In this document: piece by piece, positions 8,731-17,065 of the stretch
How positions within the stretch are numbered: the first letter of the stretch is position 1
Layout: each line of letters begins with the position of its first letter
DNA from: Planctomycetota bacterium
Lineage (GTDB): Bacteria; Planctomycetota; UBA1135; UBA2386
Direction: 5' to 3'
DNA length: 24,508 nucleotides
Assembly (NCBI GenBank): GCA_947501605.1
Contig: CANMWZ010000046.1
Coordinates: 1-24,508 of the forward strand
Notes under the pieces: model-generated
Told to the model about the DNA's origin: nothing
Database searches by the model: none
What the model saw: the letters and a program-made list of their open reading frames with translations, nothing else
Made by a program: the position numbers and the translations under genes

Positions 8731-9213
8731 TCAAAACGGGATCTCCTCGGAGGACGCGTCGGTCGTGCGGTTCGAACTGCGGCGGCGTTGGGGTGGGGTC
8801 GGAGCTGGATCGTCGTCCGGTTCTGGCACACTGCGGTAACCGTCGTAGGGAACCTCGTTGCGACGGATCGTCTCGCCGCTTGGGGACGCATACTCGGCCG
8901 GTCGGATCTGTACCAGGCACTGCCTGCCCTCCAGATCGTTCGGTTCGACCTGAACGCGGCCATTCGATGGCATGCCCAGGGCCGCGAACACGATCCGGGC
9001 ACGGGCGCGGCCGCGGGTGCTGAACACGAGACTGTCCCATGCGGCCTGCTTGCCGACATGTTCGCCCTCGGCGACGACGAGCCGCATCGACCAGCGTTCG
9101 TCGCCGGCCCGCGTCTGACCCGGGCGCACTTCGGCGACGCGGCACAAGTAGGTTCCGGCGGGAACGGTAACGAAGTCGGATGTCCGGTCGGCAGAATCGA
9201 AGTCGATCTCCAT
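8731..9213 (-). CDS. DUF669-like (phage-type single-stranded DNA-binding) protein with SSB-like acidic tail
   Basis: MEIDFD...DFVTVPAGTYLCRVAEV...GEHVGKQ...DLEGRQCLVQI...RNEV matches the DUF669 pattern. A disordered tail ends in SSEEIPF. SD AAGGAG at 9229-9224. Confidence 0.8.
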   Translation of the reverse strand: MEIDFDSADRTSDFVTVPAGTYLCRVAEVRPGQTRAGDERWSMRLVVAEGEHVGKQAAWDSLVFSTRGRARARIVFAALGMPSNGRVQVEPNDLEGRQCLVQIRPAEYASPSGETIRRNEVPYDGYRSVPEPDDDPAPTPPQRRRSSNRTTDASSEEIPF

Positions 9214-9314
9214 GGCGGCTGCTCTCCTTGTGGGTTCACCGCCTTACATGCGCGGGTTCGCAAGGGGGTTACGCAGCCGACGAGAATTCCACGCCGGTGG
9301 GCGAGTTCCGGCGG

Positions 9315-10304
9315 CTACTTCGCGAGTTCTTTGGCGAGCCCGAGCTTCTCACCGTCCGTCAACTGATGACGGTTCTGCATCACCTCGAACTGCTGTTGCT
9401 CGATCTTGCCGAGAATGCGGCTGTAGATGCCGACGATCAGGCCGAGCACCAATGCGCAATCGTCGGTGGCCCGAGCACGTAGGTGGGCCACGCCGTCGTC
9501 GGCCGCGTGCTCGTAGGTCCGCGCGATGCCACAGAGTTGGGCGACGAGAGCGCGCAGTTCCGGCCGACTCTGCTTCGTGCGGGCGTCGTGTTCGAGGGCG
9601 TTCTGATCGAGGCCGTGCTGACGCATGTGGTCCTCGGCGACGTACCAGAGTCCCTTCTGCACGTCGTCGCGCAGGTCGCGCAAGATGTGCGCGATGTAGG
9701 CGAAGATGCCTAGTTGATCACCGGTCGCCAGCACCAGTGGCAGATCGGGAGTTGGCGTCACTGTGCCACCGTCCGTCACCGCCGCCGCAAGGATGATGAG
9801 GTAGATGGTCGTCGGCGAAACACTGGCCCCGTGCGAGTAGGCCAGGAAGTCTGAGAAGGTCGTGAACTGGCCCTGCGCGTCGATGTCAGCCCGCATCGCG
9901 GCGAAGAAGTCCGTCCACAAGGGTTGCGGCACGCCAAACCGGTGCGCGTGGCGGGCGGCGAGGGATACCAGCGATCGCGCCTGAGGATGTCCTGTCCTCG
10001 CGAGGTCGACCGTCGGCTCGAAGTCCGGCGCTGTGCACGATCGATAGCCGGCTTCCCAGGCGTCGACGGCGGCGAGGATCTTGGGGTCGCGGTGACCGCG
10101 GCCACTGCGCGCGGCGTGATCGTCGACGAGGTCATCGACGACGCGCATCAACGCATACATCGCACAGAACGCGGCGTAGCGCTCGGTGCTCGCCAGCAAC
10201 CGACTCGTCAAGAACAGGTTGTTGTTGTCGCGAGCGGCGATGCGCTCGGCGATCGCGAGGTCGGCGGTTAGTCGGCCTACGGGTCGTGGAGGAGGCAGTG
10301 GCAT
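9315..10304 (-). CDS. Squalene/phytoene synthase family protein (CrtB/HpnC/HpnD-like)
   Basis: [12 protein letters not shown] (DDxxD), [44 protein letters not shown]. The start is uncertain (ATG 10304, ATG 10352 or GTG 10370). Confidence 0.85.
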   Translation of the reverse strand: MPLPPPRPVGRLTADLAIAERIAARDNNNLFLTSRLLASTERYAAFCAMYALMRVVDDLVDDHAARSGRGHRDPKILAAVDAWEAGYRSCTAPDFEPTVDLARTGHPQARSLVSLAARHAHRFGVPQPLWTDFFAAMRADIDAQGQFTTFSDFLAYSHGASVSPTTIYLIILAAAVTDGGTVTPTPDLPLVLATGDQLGIFAYIAHILRDLRDDVQKGLWYVAEDHMRQHGLDQNALEHDARTKQSRPELRALVAQLCGIARTYEHAADDGVAHLRARATDDCALVLGLIVGIYSRILGKIEQQQFEVMQNRHQLTDGEKLGLAKELAK

Positions 10305-10421
10305 GCTGGCGTGCGAAGGCGCGTCCGCATGTTGGCCGTACGCCCCTTGCATTGGCAAGGGACGCCTCACGGGAACGCCGTCAAACCGTCGGGCGCCGCG
10401 CCGCGTTCGCGCCGCCTTGGA

Positions 10422-11177
10422 TCACTGGTCCAGCGGGTCGCGCAGAGCTTGCTCCACGGTTTCCTGGATGGCGGCCAAAGTGGCGTGCAGGCGTTGCCGT
10501 TCGCTTTCAAGGTCGCGCAAGGCGCTGATGAGCTGTTCCAGCGAAGCGATGCTGTCGAAGGCTGGCGTCGGCGTTCGCGTTGGCGCCGTGCGGACGAACT
10601 CCGCTGCCGAGTCGACTTGGCGCAGCATCCTTGGCTCTTCGATCTTCGGTGCGCGCGGCTGGCGCGGCTTGGTGGGGACCAAGCCGAGCAGCGCCTTGGC
10701 TCGACCGTAGATGATGGGCTGCATCTTGAGGCCGGCCATGCTGGCGCGCAGCTTCAGGTCCTGGAAGTTCACGTCTGGCGACAACCTCAGCGTCTCGACT
10801 GCGAACTGGAACGCTGAGTTCTTCGGCGCCGCGGTTGGGGCATCGCTCACCGCGGCGGTTTCGCCGTCGCGACGGTCGGTCTGGGCTTCGCCTGGAGCGG
10901 TCTCCTCGGCCGGCTCCCGTTGGAGGCGTGGCTGGGCGTCTTGGTCGATGCGGGCCGGCGCAGGTGCCGTTGTCGTGGATCCCGGCTCAATGAGGTCGCG
11001 GCGCGATGGTAGACCAAGGGCTCGGCGGGCGCTGCCGTACAGAAATGGCGGGATGTTGAGCCCGCTGCGGCGGCCGCGCTCTTGGACTTCTGCGAAGGAG
11101 ACATCCGGGTTGGCGCGCAACTCGCGCTCGAGGAAGTCACGGGCCGAGAGACCCTCGGCCATTGGGGATTCGTGCAT
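10422..11177 (-). CDS. Hypothetical protein with two copies of a 46-aa helical domain and a C-terminal coiled coil
   Basis: The internal repeats at 11147-11010 and 10817-10680 align without gaps. The C-terminus LEQLISALRDLESERQRLHATLAAIQETV has a heptad pattern. Start at ATG 11177 or 11162. Confidence 0.8.
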   Translation of the reverse strand: MHESPMAEGLSARDFLERELRANPDVSFAEVQERGRRSGLNIPPFLYGSARRALGLPSRRDLIEPGSTTTAPAPARIDQDAQPRLQREPAEETAPGEAQTDRRDGETAAVSDAPTAAPKNSAFQFAVETLRLSPDVNFQDLKLRASMAGLKMQPIIYGRAKALLGLVPTKPRQPRAPKIEEPRMLRQVDSAAEFVRTAPTRTPTPAFDSIASLEQLISALRDLESERQRLHATLAAIQETVEQALRDPLDQ

Positions 11178-11751
11178 TGGGGTGGTGTTCTGCTCAGGGA
11201 AAGCAGCGAGAGAAATGCTCGGAACCAGGCCGCGGGGTTGGTGGAATGACAGCGATCGAGGATAAACCGTGGCTCTGACTCCCACGCCTATGAGACCAGA
11301 TTGCGGCGCATTTAGCAAGCTCGAGCAGTTCATTGTGTAGGCGGCGGGGGGCTCATTGGCGTGGAGCGCCTGGCATTTCGGTCGTGCAGCTCGGAGGGGG
11401 CGCACGACGTCCTATGCGCTCCGTCGCATCCTGCAGTGATCTCGAAAGGCCGCGCGGCGCGGCGGTGGCAGGCATGTCGGGGTTGGCGGCCCCGCTCGCG
11501 ATGGTCTGCGGGATTGGTCGGCTGTCCGTTCGCTGTTTCTTGGCGCCCCTCGCGCTGCCGCGCGGTGGTGTCCCACGCGTCGGTGTGCCGCTTTGGCGGT
11601 GTGTCCTTGGCGCCGAGTTTCCTGATGTGGGTGCGACTGCCGCCGATGGCATCGGCAGAACTCGAACCCGACGGAACCGGGGGTTGCCTAGCCGCCGTCA
11701 AGAGTCACAATCCTCCAGCCGCCCTAGCCTGCCCGTCCCCGAAATCTCACC

Positions 11752-13074
11752 ATGCCATTGTTCGCCTCGCGGCTTGCCGCAGTCGTCGTAGCTTCCCTTT
11801 GCGCTGCCCAGGGTCCGGTCTTTGAGCCAGAGTCGCTCATCCCCGGGACGAGCATGCATCGTTGTGGCACGCCCACCCACTTCGGCACCTTCAATCCAGC
11901 CGATGCTCCGGACTGCAGTCTCAACAACACCAACCCGGCGCCATGGGCGCCGGTCAGTGTGCTGCGCATTCCAGTGGTCGTGCACGTGATCTCCAACACG
12001 GGCGGCACCGGCAACCTGTCGGACACTCTGGTGCAGAGCCAGATCACGGTGCTCAACGAGGACTTCCGCGCGATTGCCGCTACGCCGGGTGCGGGTGGTT
12101 TCGATACCAAGGTCGAGTTCTTTCTCGCGACTACGGATCCTCTGGGCAATCCGACCAACGGGATCCGCCGCTACACCAACACCACGTGGTTCAACGACAG
12201 CGGTAGCTACTGGACCTCGATTGCGTGGGACACGGCGCGCTACCTGAACATCTACACCAACAGCGCCGGGGGTGGCGGCACCCTGGGCTACGTGCCAGAT
12301 CTGCCCCAAGGGGGCGCCGTGCTCAACACGACGGCCGATCGAGTCGTCATCCTCTACAGCGCCTTTGGTCGTCCGGCCCTCGGTGGTGCGCCCTACAACC
12401 AGGGGCGAACGTGCACGCACGAAGTTGGGCACTTCCTTGGCCTCTTCCACACGTTCCAGGGCGGTTGCGGCACAGCTTCGTGCTACACGACGGGCGACCG
12501 CGTGTGTGACACGCCGCCCGAGCAGACGCAGCGCTTTGGGTGCCCGGTCGGAGCGGTCAGTTGCAGCACGCCGGACCCGATTCGCAACTACATGGACTAC
12601 ACCGACGACACGTGCATGACGAACTTCACAGCCGAGCAAGCGGCTCGCATTCGTTGCACGCTCGCCAACTATCGTCCGAACCTCGGCGTGCCTGGCGGCC
12701 CGATCGCGGCTGCCACGGTTCGCAACGGCGCCGGCAACTACAACATCTACACGTCGCCGCCACCGGTGCTCGGCACCACGATCCAGTCGCAAGCCAATGT
12801 CACCGGTCTGACCTACACGCTGGCTTCGGTCTACTGGTACCTGAGCCCGGCGACGACGCCGTTCCCGCCCTACACGGTGCTGGTCGACCTCAACTCGACG
12901 CTCGTCTACCAATCGCCGTTCGTGGCGCCGTTCTTCGGCATCCTGATGCTCTGGTCGACGTCGATTCCGAATGACCCGTTCCTGGCGGGACTCACGGTCA
13001 GCACGCAGGCGGTCTTGATCAACGGTTCGGGCTTTGGGCTCACCAATGCCGTCGACATGACGCTCGGCAACTGA
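11752..13074 (+). CDS. Secreted zinc metalloprotease, family M43 (ulilysin/pappalysin-like), with C-terminal beta-rich domain
   Basis: Signal peptide, HRCGT cysteine-switch-like motif, IPVVVHVI, QITVLNEDF, YLNIY, HEVGHFLGLFHTF (HExxHxxGxxH), DRVCDTPP and the NYMDY Met-turn. Confidence 0.95.
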   Translation: MPLFASRLAAVVVASLCAAQGPVFEPESLIPGTSMHRCGTPTHFGTFNPADAPDCSLNNTNPAPWAPVSVLRIPVVVHVISNTGGTGNLSDTLVQSQITVLNEDFRAIAATPGAGGFDTKVEFFLATTDPLGNPTNGIRRYTNTTWFNDSGSYWTSIAWDTARYLNIYTNSAGGGGTLGYVPDLPQGGAVLNTTADRVVILYSAFGRPALGGAPYNQGRTCTHEVGHFLGLFHTFQGGCGTASCYTTGDRVCDTPPEQTQRFGCPVGAVSCSTPDPIRNYMDYTDDTCMTNFTAEQAARIRCTLANYRPNLGVPGGPIAAATVRNGAGNYNIYTSPPPVLGTTIQSQANVTGLTYTLASVYWYLSPATTPFPPYTVLVDLNSTLVYQSPFVAPFFGILMLWSTSIPNDPFLAGLTVSTQAVLINGSGFGLTNAVDMTLGN

Positions 13075-13531
13075 GGCCGCTCGGCAGCTGGCTGCCAGCA
13101 ACGGACGTGACGAAGGGTGACCGCCGCGGACGCGTGCGCCCCGTTGTCGTCAGAGCGCCGCGCTGCGCTGCCATGCTGGCGGCGCCCACTCCCACGATAG
13201 CGGGGGGCGAGGCCGCGCTCGGATCGGCCGCAAGGTCGTCGATCTGCGCCTCGGCGGCGTTCCCCATTTCGAGGTCGACGGCTCGCCCGATCTCCGCGCC
13301 GCGGTGTGCGTGGGCTGCTTGGTATCGAGGATCAGGCTCGCGTCGCCGGGCAACCGTGCGGTTCCGAGTTCGCGGACCGCATCGGTGCAGCTCCCCAGCG
13401 AGACGGGCGAGGTCGTGCCGGCTGCAGCGGCGCTGTGCGCGTTGGTGAACGGCGACCGGCGTTGCGTGTGGCAATCGAGGTTCTTGGTGCGGCTGCCGTG
13501 GCGCCGTGGCAAGAGCGATCGCCGCAGCCGA

Positions 13532-13537
13532 TAGTCT
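13532..13537 (+). promoter_or_regulatory. Putative -10 element TAGTCT, 6 nt before GTG 13544 (leaderless-type)
   Basis: TAGTCT-gcgctc-GTG. No SD. Confidence 0.55.
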
Positions 13538-13543
13538 GCGCTC

Positions 13544-15028
13544 GTGTTTGCACTCCTCGATCGGTCGCGCACGGTGGCGCCGCCGGGCTATTGCCGTTGG
13601 CTCGTGCCCCCGGCCGCGCTCGCTGTCCATCTGTCGATCGGCCAGTCCTATGCGCTGTCGGTGTTCAGCATCCCACTCTCGCGCGGCCTTGGCATTGACC
13701 ACACCGCCGCCGGCGATTGGGAACAGTCGTCGACGATCTGGATGTTCAACCTCGCGTTCTGCTGCCTCGGTTTGTCGGCGGCGGTGTTCGGCACGTGGGT
13801 CGAGCGCAGTGGCCCGCGCCGCACGATGGTGGCCTCGGCGTCGTGCTTTGCTGGTGGGTTCTTGGTCTCGGCGCTCGGTGTGCACCTGCACTCGCTCTCC
13901 CTGTTGCTGCTCGGCTATGGCGTGCTTGGTGGCATTGGCCTCGGCCTTGGCTACATCGCGCCGGTGTCGACCTTGCTCAAGTGGTTCCCGGATCGACCCG
14001 GCATGGCAACGGGCCTCGCGATCATGGGGTTTGGCGGCGGTGCGATGCTCGGATCACCGCTGGCCATGTTGCTGATGGAGCACTTCGCGAGTTCAACTTC
14101 GAACGGCGTTGCGGCGACGTTCCTGGCGTTGGGGGCGATCTACTTCGCCATGATGTTGTTCGGCGCTGCGATCGTTCGCGTGCCACCGCCGAACTTCGCG
14201 CCAGGTGCCAGTGTCCGGGATCTACGGCCCGCGATGACGGCGCCACCCGACGGCTCGACCGCGCGCGAGGCGATACGAACGCGCTCGTTCTGGCTGGTCT
14301 GGACGGTGCTGTTCTGCAACGTCACGGCAGGCATCGGCATCCTCGGCCAGGCCTCGCCCATGATTCAGGAGATGTTCTCGACGAGTTCTGGCGCTGCGGC
14401 CGGCTTTGTCGGGCTTCTCAGTCTCAGCAACCTCGTCGGCCGGTTCCTTTGGTCGTCGCTGTCGGATCGACTCGGTCGCAAGCGCACCTACGCGGTGTAT
14501 CTCTCGCTCGGTATGGGGCTGTATGCGCTTTTGCCTGGAGCCGCGTCCATTGGCTCGCAATGGCTGTTTGTCGCCGCCTCTTGCGTGATCCTGAGCATGT
14601 ATGGAGGCTGCTTCGCGACGGTGCCAGCCTACCTGCGCGACCTGTTCGGCACGCGCGAGGTCGGCGCGATTCACGGGCGGCTGCTGACCGCGTGGTCTCT
14701 CGCCGCCATCGTCGGGCCGAGCGCTATGGCCTACGTCCGTGACCATGAAATCGCACGCGGAGTGGCAAAGGCGGAGGTCTATTCCGGCACGATCTACGGG
14801 CTTGTCGCGTTGCTCGGAGTGGGGTTGCTCGCGAACGCGTTCGTGCGGCCAAGAGCGGTGGCTCGACCTGCGAGCGACCGCGCCGTGAGCAGCGTGGGTG
14901 ATGTGCCGATCGTGGTCAGTGCCAGGATCCCCTGGATGACGCTGTTCCTGTGGTGGAGCGCCGTGCTCGTTCCGCTCGCTTGGGGTGTCGCGCAAGTGGT
15001 GAGCAAGGCAATGGTCTTGTTCGCTTGA
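13544..15028 (+). CDS. MFS transporter, oxalate:formate antiporter (OFA)/YhjX-like family
   Basis: RWLVPPAALAVHLSIGQSYALSVF, WVERSGPR, GGIGLGLGYIAPVSTLLKWFPDRPGMATG, SDRLGRK, YGGCFATVPAYL.DLFG and IHGRLLTAWS. There is an extra C-terminal TM segment (VPLAWGV). Confidence 0.93.
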   Translation: MFALLDRSRTVAPPGYCRWLVPPAALAVHLSIGQSYALSVFSIPLSRGLGIDHTAAGDWEQSSTIWMFNLAFCCLGLSAAVFGTWVERSGPRRTMVASASCFAGGFLVSALGVHLHSLSLLLLGYGVLGGIGLGLGYIAPVSTLLKWFPDRPGMATGLAIMGFGGGAMLGSPLAMLLMEHFASSTSNGVAATFLALGAIYFAMMLFGAAIVRVPPPNFAPGASVRDLRPAMTAPPDGSTAREAIRTRSFWLVWTVLFCNVTAGIGILGQASPMIQEMFSTSSGAAAGFVGLLSLSNLVGRFLWSSLSDRLGRKRTYAVYLSLGMGLYALLPGAASIGSQWLFVAASCVILSMYGGCFATVPAYLRDLFGTREVGAIHGRLLTAWSLAAIVGPSAMAYVRDHEIARGVAKAEVYSGTIYGLVALLGVGLLANAFVRPRAVARPASDRAVSSVGDVPIVVSARIPWMTLFLWWSAVLVPLAWGVAQVVSKAMVLFA

Positions 15029-15943
15029 TCACGATCGCGCTGCCGCACTTCCACTGAGGATCGAACGCAGCGCCGCTCCGATTTCTGGGTGCGCGAACTG
15101 GAACCCAGCTTCGAGCAGTCGCCGCGGCACTGCGCGCTGGCTGCCGAGCAGCACCGCCTCCGCCATCTCGCCGAACAGCAATCGCAGCGCGAAGGCCGGC
15201 ACTGGCAACACGGCGATGCGATGCAACGCCGCGGCTAGCGCCTTGGTGAAGTCGCGATTGGTCACCGGTTGTGGCGATACGCCCAAGAAGTCGCCACGGG
15301 CGACCTGGTCCTCGAGCAAGAAGACGATGGCCGAACAGAGGTCGTCGAGAGCGATCCAACTCGTCCACTGCTTGCCGGTGCCGAGCGGGCCACCGAGACC
15401 AAGGCGAAACGGCAACACCATCTTGTCCAGAGCCCCCCCGCCCTTTCCCAGGACCATGCCGATGCGCAGGTGGCAGACGCGTGCAGCGCGGGCTTCGAGT
15501 GGCGCGGTCGCACGTTCCCAGGCCACTGCGACCTCAGGGAGAAAGCCGCTACCCGGAGCGCTGCCTTCATCGAGCACTTCGTCGCCGCGATGGCCGTAGA
15601 ACCCGATCGCGGATGCGCTCACCAGAACCGGGGGGCGTCGCAATGCAGCGAGCGAGCGGCACAGTTTCTCCGTCGCTGGGCCGCGACTGTCGCGGATGGC
15701 CTGCATTCGCGGGGCGGACCAACGGCCGGCTGCCACGTTCTCTCCGGCTAGATGCACCACGGCGTCCAGGGTGGCGGCCTTGGCCATGTCGATCGAGCCG
15801 GTCGCAGGCTCCCAGCGGATCGCGTCAACGGCAGTGGCGTCCCCGCGAACGAAGCGAAGCACGTCGTGTCCGCTGTTCCGGAGCCGCGCGGCAAGCGCGG
15901 TGCCCACAAATCCTGAGGCTCCGGTGATGCCGATCGTCGTCAT
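15029..15943 (-). CDS. TIGR01777-family NAD(P)-dependent epimerase/oxidoreductase (YfcH-like)
   Basis: MTTIGITGASGFVG, VVHLAGENV, SASAIGFYG, WE, LRIGMVL, GLGGPLGTGKQWTSWI, SQRAVP.RL...GFQF. Its stop abuts the MFS stop (TGATCA, 15026-15031). Confidence 0.93.
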   Translation of the reverse strand: MTTIGITGASGFVGTALAARLRNSGHDVLRFVRGDATAVDAIRWEPATGSIDMAKAATLDAVVHLAGENVAAGRWSAPRMQAIRDSRGPATEKLCRSLAALRRPPVLVSASAIGFYGHRGDEVLDEGSAPGSGFLPEVAVAWERATAPLEARAARVCHLRIGMVLGKGGGALDKMVLPFRLGLGGPLGTGKQWTSWIALDDLCSAIVFLLEDQVARGDFLGVSPQPVTNRDFTKALAAALHRIAVLPVPAFALRLLFGEMAEAVLLGSQRAVPRRLLEAGFQFAHPEIGAALRSILSGSAAARS

Positions 15944-16000
15944 GGGCGGGCTTCTGTTTCTTGGGTCACAGTCGTGATCCGAATCACTCGCGACGCGCGG

Positions 16001-16006
16001 TATGGT
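16001..16006 (+). promoter_or_regulatory. Putative -10 element TATGGT, 6 nt before ATG 16013 (leaderless-type)
   Basis: TATGGT-gaggcg-ATG. The GAGG is too close to the ATG to act as a normal SD. Confidence 0.45.
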
Positions 16007-16012
16007 GAGGCG

Positions 16013-17026
16013 ATGACTTCGCTTCAGCGGCTGGCTTGGATGCGTGCGACATCGATGTGGATGGTCGGGCTCAGTCCGGCTCTGGCACAAGCTCCGCTGG
16101 CACCGGCGGCGGCCGCGTTCGTGCCGATGCAGACGACGGTGGAGATCTTCGTCGATCTCGCGGCGTGTCGCGAGGGCGATGTGCTCGATGACCTGCGGAG
16201 CTCCTTGTTCTCTGGCATGCTGAAGCGCCTCGAAGCACAGTCGGGGATTGACGTCAACGCGCTCGATTGCGTGACCGTCTACGTGGAGATGCCAAAGACG
16301 AAGGAAGCGAGTGACGAACTACCATCGCAGTCGACGCCCGGGGGCCCACTCGGCATTGCCATTCTCGCCGGATCAGCGGCGCTGCGTTTGCCGCCGGTAA
16401 CTGCCGAACTGCGCGCGATCGAAGTCGAGGGGCGTGAGGCGCGGGCGATGCGCGGCGCCTTTGGCGATCCCGACCTGCTGGTGCAGATCGAGCCCGGTCT
16501 GCTGGTGTTCGGAGCCCAGAGCGCGCTGGCGCCGCGCATCGCCGGTAGCGCACCTCAAGGCTTGGTGCCAAATGAGCTGCGCGAGCTGTTCCCCGAGGCG
16601 GGCACTCTGGTTCGCATTGCCGGCTTCGTCAATGGTCCGTTGCTGACGTCGCGGCTGCCACCATCGGTGTCGCCGTCGTGGTTGCCCGCCCGCGCCGGGC
16701 TGCGGCTGTGCACCGAGATGGTCGAAGGGGAGCCAGTTCTCGCGATCGAACTGGCCTGCCGACAGTTCTCGAATGCGGACTCGATCAAGCAGCTGCTTGC
16801 CGCGCTCGATGCGCAACTGCAGCGGTTGGCGGAGACGCCGCAGACAAAACCGTTGCATGCGCTCTTGGGGAAGCTCGAACGAGGAGTCGATACGGACGCG
16901 CTGAAGTTGCGACTGACCATCGGCACGACGCGCGACCTGCTCAACGTGGTGCAGGCAGTGTTGCCGTTGTTCGGCGCACCGCCGCCTGCCCCGCCCGCCG
17001 CGCCCAGCAACGGCAGTGCGCGCTGA
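16013..17026 (+). CDS. Hypothetical exported protein
   Basis: Long ORF filling the gap between two clear genes, with globular composition, a possible signal peptide ending ALA-Q and a Pro-rich C-terminus. No family recognised. Confidence 0.7.
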   Translation: MTSLQRLAWMRATSMWMVGLSPALAQAPLAPAAAAFVPMQTTVEIFVDLAACREGDVLDDLRSSLFSGMLKRLEAQSGIDVNALDCVTVYVEMPKTKEASDELPSQSTPGGPLGIAILAGSAALRLPPVTAELRAIEVEGREARAMRGAFGDPDLLVQIEPGLLVFGAQSALAPRIAGSAPQGLVPNELRELFPEAGTLVRIAGFVNGPLLTSRLPPSVSPSWLPARAGLRLCTEMVEGEPVLAIELACRQFSNADSIKQLLAALDAQLQRLAETPQTKPLHALLGKLERGVDTDALKLRLTIGTTRDLLNVVQAVLPLFGAPPPAPPAAPSNGSAR

Positions 17027-17052
17027 GGCTCGTCGGAGCAGGCGGTGCCAGC

Positions 17053-17058
17053 TACTGT
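17053..17058 (+). promoter_or_regulatory. Putative -10 element TACTGT, 7 nt before GTG 17066 (leaderless-type)
   Basis: TACTGT-gcgccgc-GTG, with the GTG in frame with the aminotransferase. Confidence 0.4.
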
Positions 17059-17065
17059 GCGCCGC

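Noticed and set aside
8681..9145. 155-aa N-terminal extension of LigA in the ORF track
   Set aside because: Low-complexity Arg/Pro-rich sequence overlapping the DUF669-like gene. Ligase homology starts at GTG 8680.
8731..9213. Prophage around the DUF669-like gene
   Set aside because: No integrase, structural or other phage genes. The flanks are host genes with similar composition.
11698..13101. 467-aa minus-strand ORF
   Set aside because: Antisense shadow of the M43 protease, with unnatural Arg/Val-rich composition.
15026..15031. Abutting convergent stop codons (TGATCA) as a special element
   Set aside because: Ordinary compact packing. At most it implies overlapping 3' UTRs.
15944..16090. 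N-terminal extension of the TIGR01777 ORF
   Set aside because: The Rossmann motif begins right after ATG 15943, and the extension overlaps the divergent gene.
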